DNA of 64,000 bases, taken from the NCBI RefSeq assembly GCF_009914755.1, contig NC_060925.1, one strand, 5' to 3'. Position numbers and translations under genes: made by a program. The notes beneath the pieces were generated by a model that saw only the letters and a list, made by a program, of their open reading frames with translations, ran no database searches and had not been told where the DNA came from. This DNA is from the human T2T-CHM13v2.0 reference genome, Homo sapiens. The first letter of the stretch is position 1, and every line of letters starts with the position of its first letter. Below, piece by piece: positions 62,775 to 64,000 of the stretch.

Positions 62775-63215
62775 CCAATGGTTGTCAAAGTGTAGTCCAC
62801 CAACCAGTAATATCAGCATTTCTAGGGAACTTGTTAGACATGTCTTTGAGGCTCACCTCGGTCTTCCTGACTCAGGAACTCTGGGGTGGGAACCAGTAAT
62901 CCTTTTAAGGAGCTCATCGGGGATCCTGAGATAAGTTAAAGTCTGACAACCACTAGTCTAGAGAAAAGATTGATATGCTTCCATGAACAAAGACTCTCAG
63001 GCAGCAGCTTCCAGGTTCACAAGAACCACCTGGTGCTTTTGTTTCGGTTTTGTTTTCCAATAATCCTAATCTTGTGCTTGTTTAAGTGCAGGTTCCTGGG
63101 TTCTCCCCAAGAGAATCTGATTCAGTAGGCCTGAAGTGGGTCCAGAAATCTCATTTTAAGAAACTTGCTGGGTAATTCTGATGCAGGTGGTCCACAGATG
63201 ACTCTGAGAAGCCAT
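62775..63215. mobile_element. Two adjacent MER5A-like MITEs (about 62775-62955 and 63003-63215)
   Basis: caatggttgtcaaagtgtagtcc..gggaacttgttag..; ..gaatctgattcagtaggcctgaagtgggtcc..ttctgatgcaggtggtcc. Confidence 0.65.
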
Positions 63216-63445
63216 ACTTATTGTTTAGCTCTTAGTCCCTAATATAGTCATTTGACACAATTGACCACACCTGCCTCCTGGAAGTACCTTCTGCTCACTA
63301 GTCTCTCTAGGTATTATGCCTGCCTTACAGACCACTTAATCTCAGTTTCCTTTACTGAATTCACCTGTTCTTCCCAACCTGCAAATACTAGTGTGTCCAA
63401 GGCACACTCTTCATACCTAGTCTCTTTTCCATCCATGCTCACTTC

Positions 63446-63771
63446 CTTTTTTTTCTTTTCTTTTTTTTTTTCTTTTCTTTTCTTTTCTGAGACAGAGTCT
63501 GGCTCTGTCACTCAGGCTGGAGTGAAGTGGTGTGATCTTGGCTCACTGTAACCTTTGCCTCCCTGGCTCAAGCCATCCTCCCACCACCTCAGCCTCCCAA
63601 GTAGCTGGGACTACAGGTGTGCACCACCATGCCCAGCTAATTTTTGTATTTTTGTAGAAACGGGGTTTGGCTATGTTGCCCAGGCTGATCTCCAATTCCT
63701 AGGCTCAAGCACTCCACCCAACTTGGTGTCCCAAAGTGCTGGGATTACAGGCGTGAGCCACTGCGCCTGGC
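63446..63771 (-). mobile_element. AluJ inserted in L2 sequence (L2 about 63240-64000)
   Basis: TSD ccatgctcacttcct. Flanks carry L2 motifs. Confidence 0.85.
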
Positions 63772-64000
63772 CCATGCTCACTTCCTAAGTGCCAATGACA
63801 CAAACATATTTAATATATCTCCAGAAATATGTATCAAACAGACACCTCCACTTAGATATTTTAATGACACCTAAATTTAATATGTGCAACACTGAATTCT
63901 TGCTTTCCACCTTTCAGAGCTGCTCTACCCCTCCCTCTCACTAATGTTCCTATCCTCACAGATGCCACCACCATATTGTTTCTTCTAGTTTCTCAGGCTA

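Overview
Primate (human-like) genomic DNA, very rich in Alu, L1, L2, MIR, LTR and DNA-transposon sequence. It carries the 5' two-thirds of FRRS1 (ferric-chelate reductase 1 / SDR2) on the minus strand. I can place a short non-CpG-island first exon ending at 42732, a 105-nt MIR-derived 5'UTR exon (25128-25024) and seven coding exons (24895 down to 4610). The coding exons splice in frame with GT-AG boundaries and give codons 1-335 plus 1 nt: signal peptide, reeler domain and DOMON domain. The cytochrome b561 exons lie beyond the left edge. About 21 kb of upstream sequence includes a full-length retroposed U4 snRNA pseudogene (60871-61028). Almost all other ORFs in the track are repeat-derived or noise. 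I see no novel protein-coding system. The best candidate for undescribed biology is a splicing/translation switch at the FRRS1 5' end: three YAG|GTAAG recursive-splice-like junctions occur along intron 1, the last one opening the MIR exon, and including that exon would add a uORF and change the start-codon -3 base from A to C. Other observations: transposons inserted just downstream of four consecutive donors, inverted Alu/FLAM pairs bracketing exons 6 and 7, a near-complete Tigger2, an older-type Alu nested in a younger-type Alu, and several template-switch scars. Repeat subfamily calls are from memory of consensus sequences. Repeat boundaries are approximate unless target-site duplications (TSDs) are quoted.
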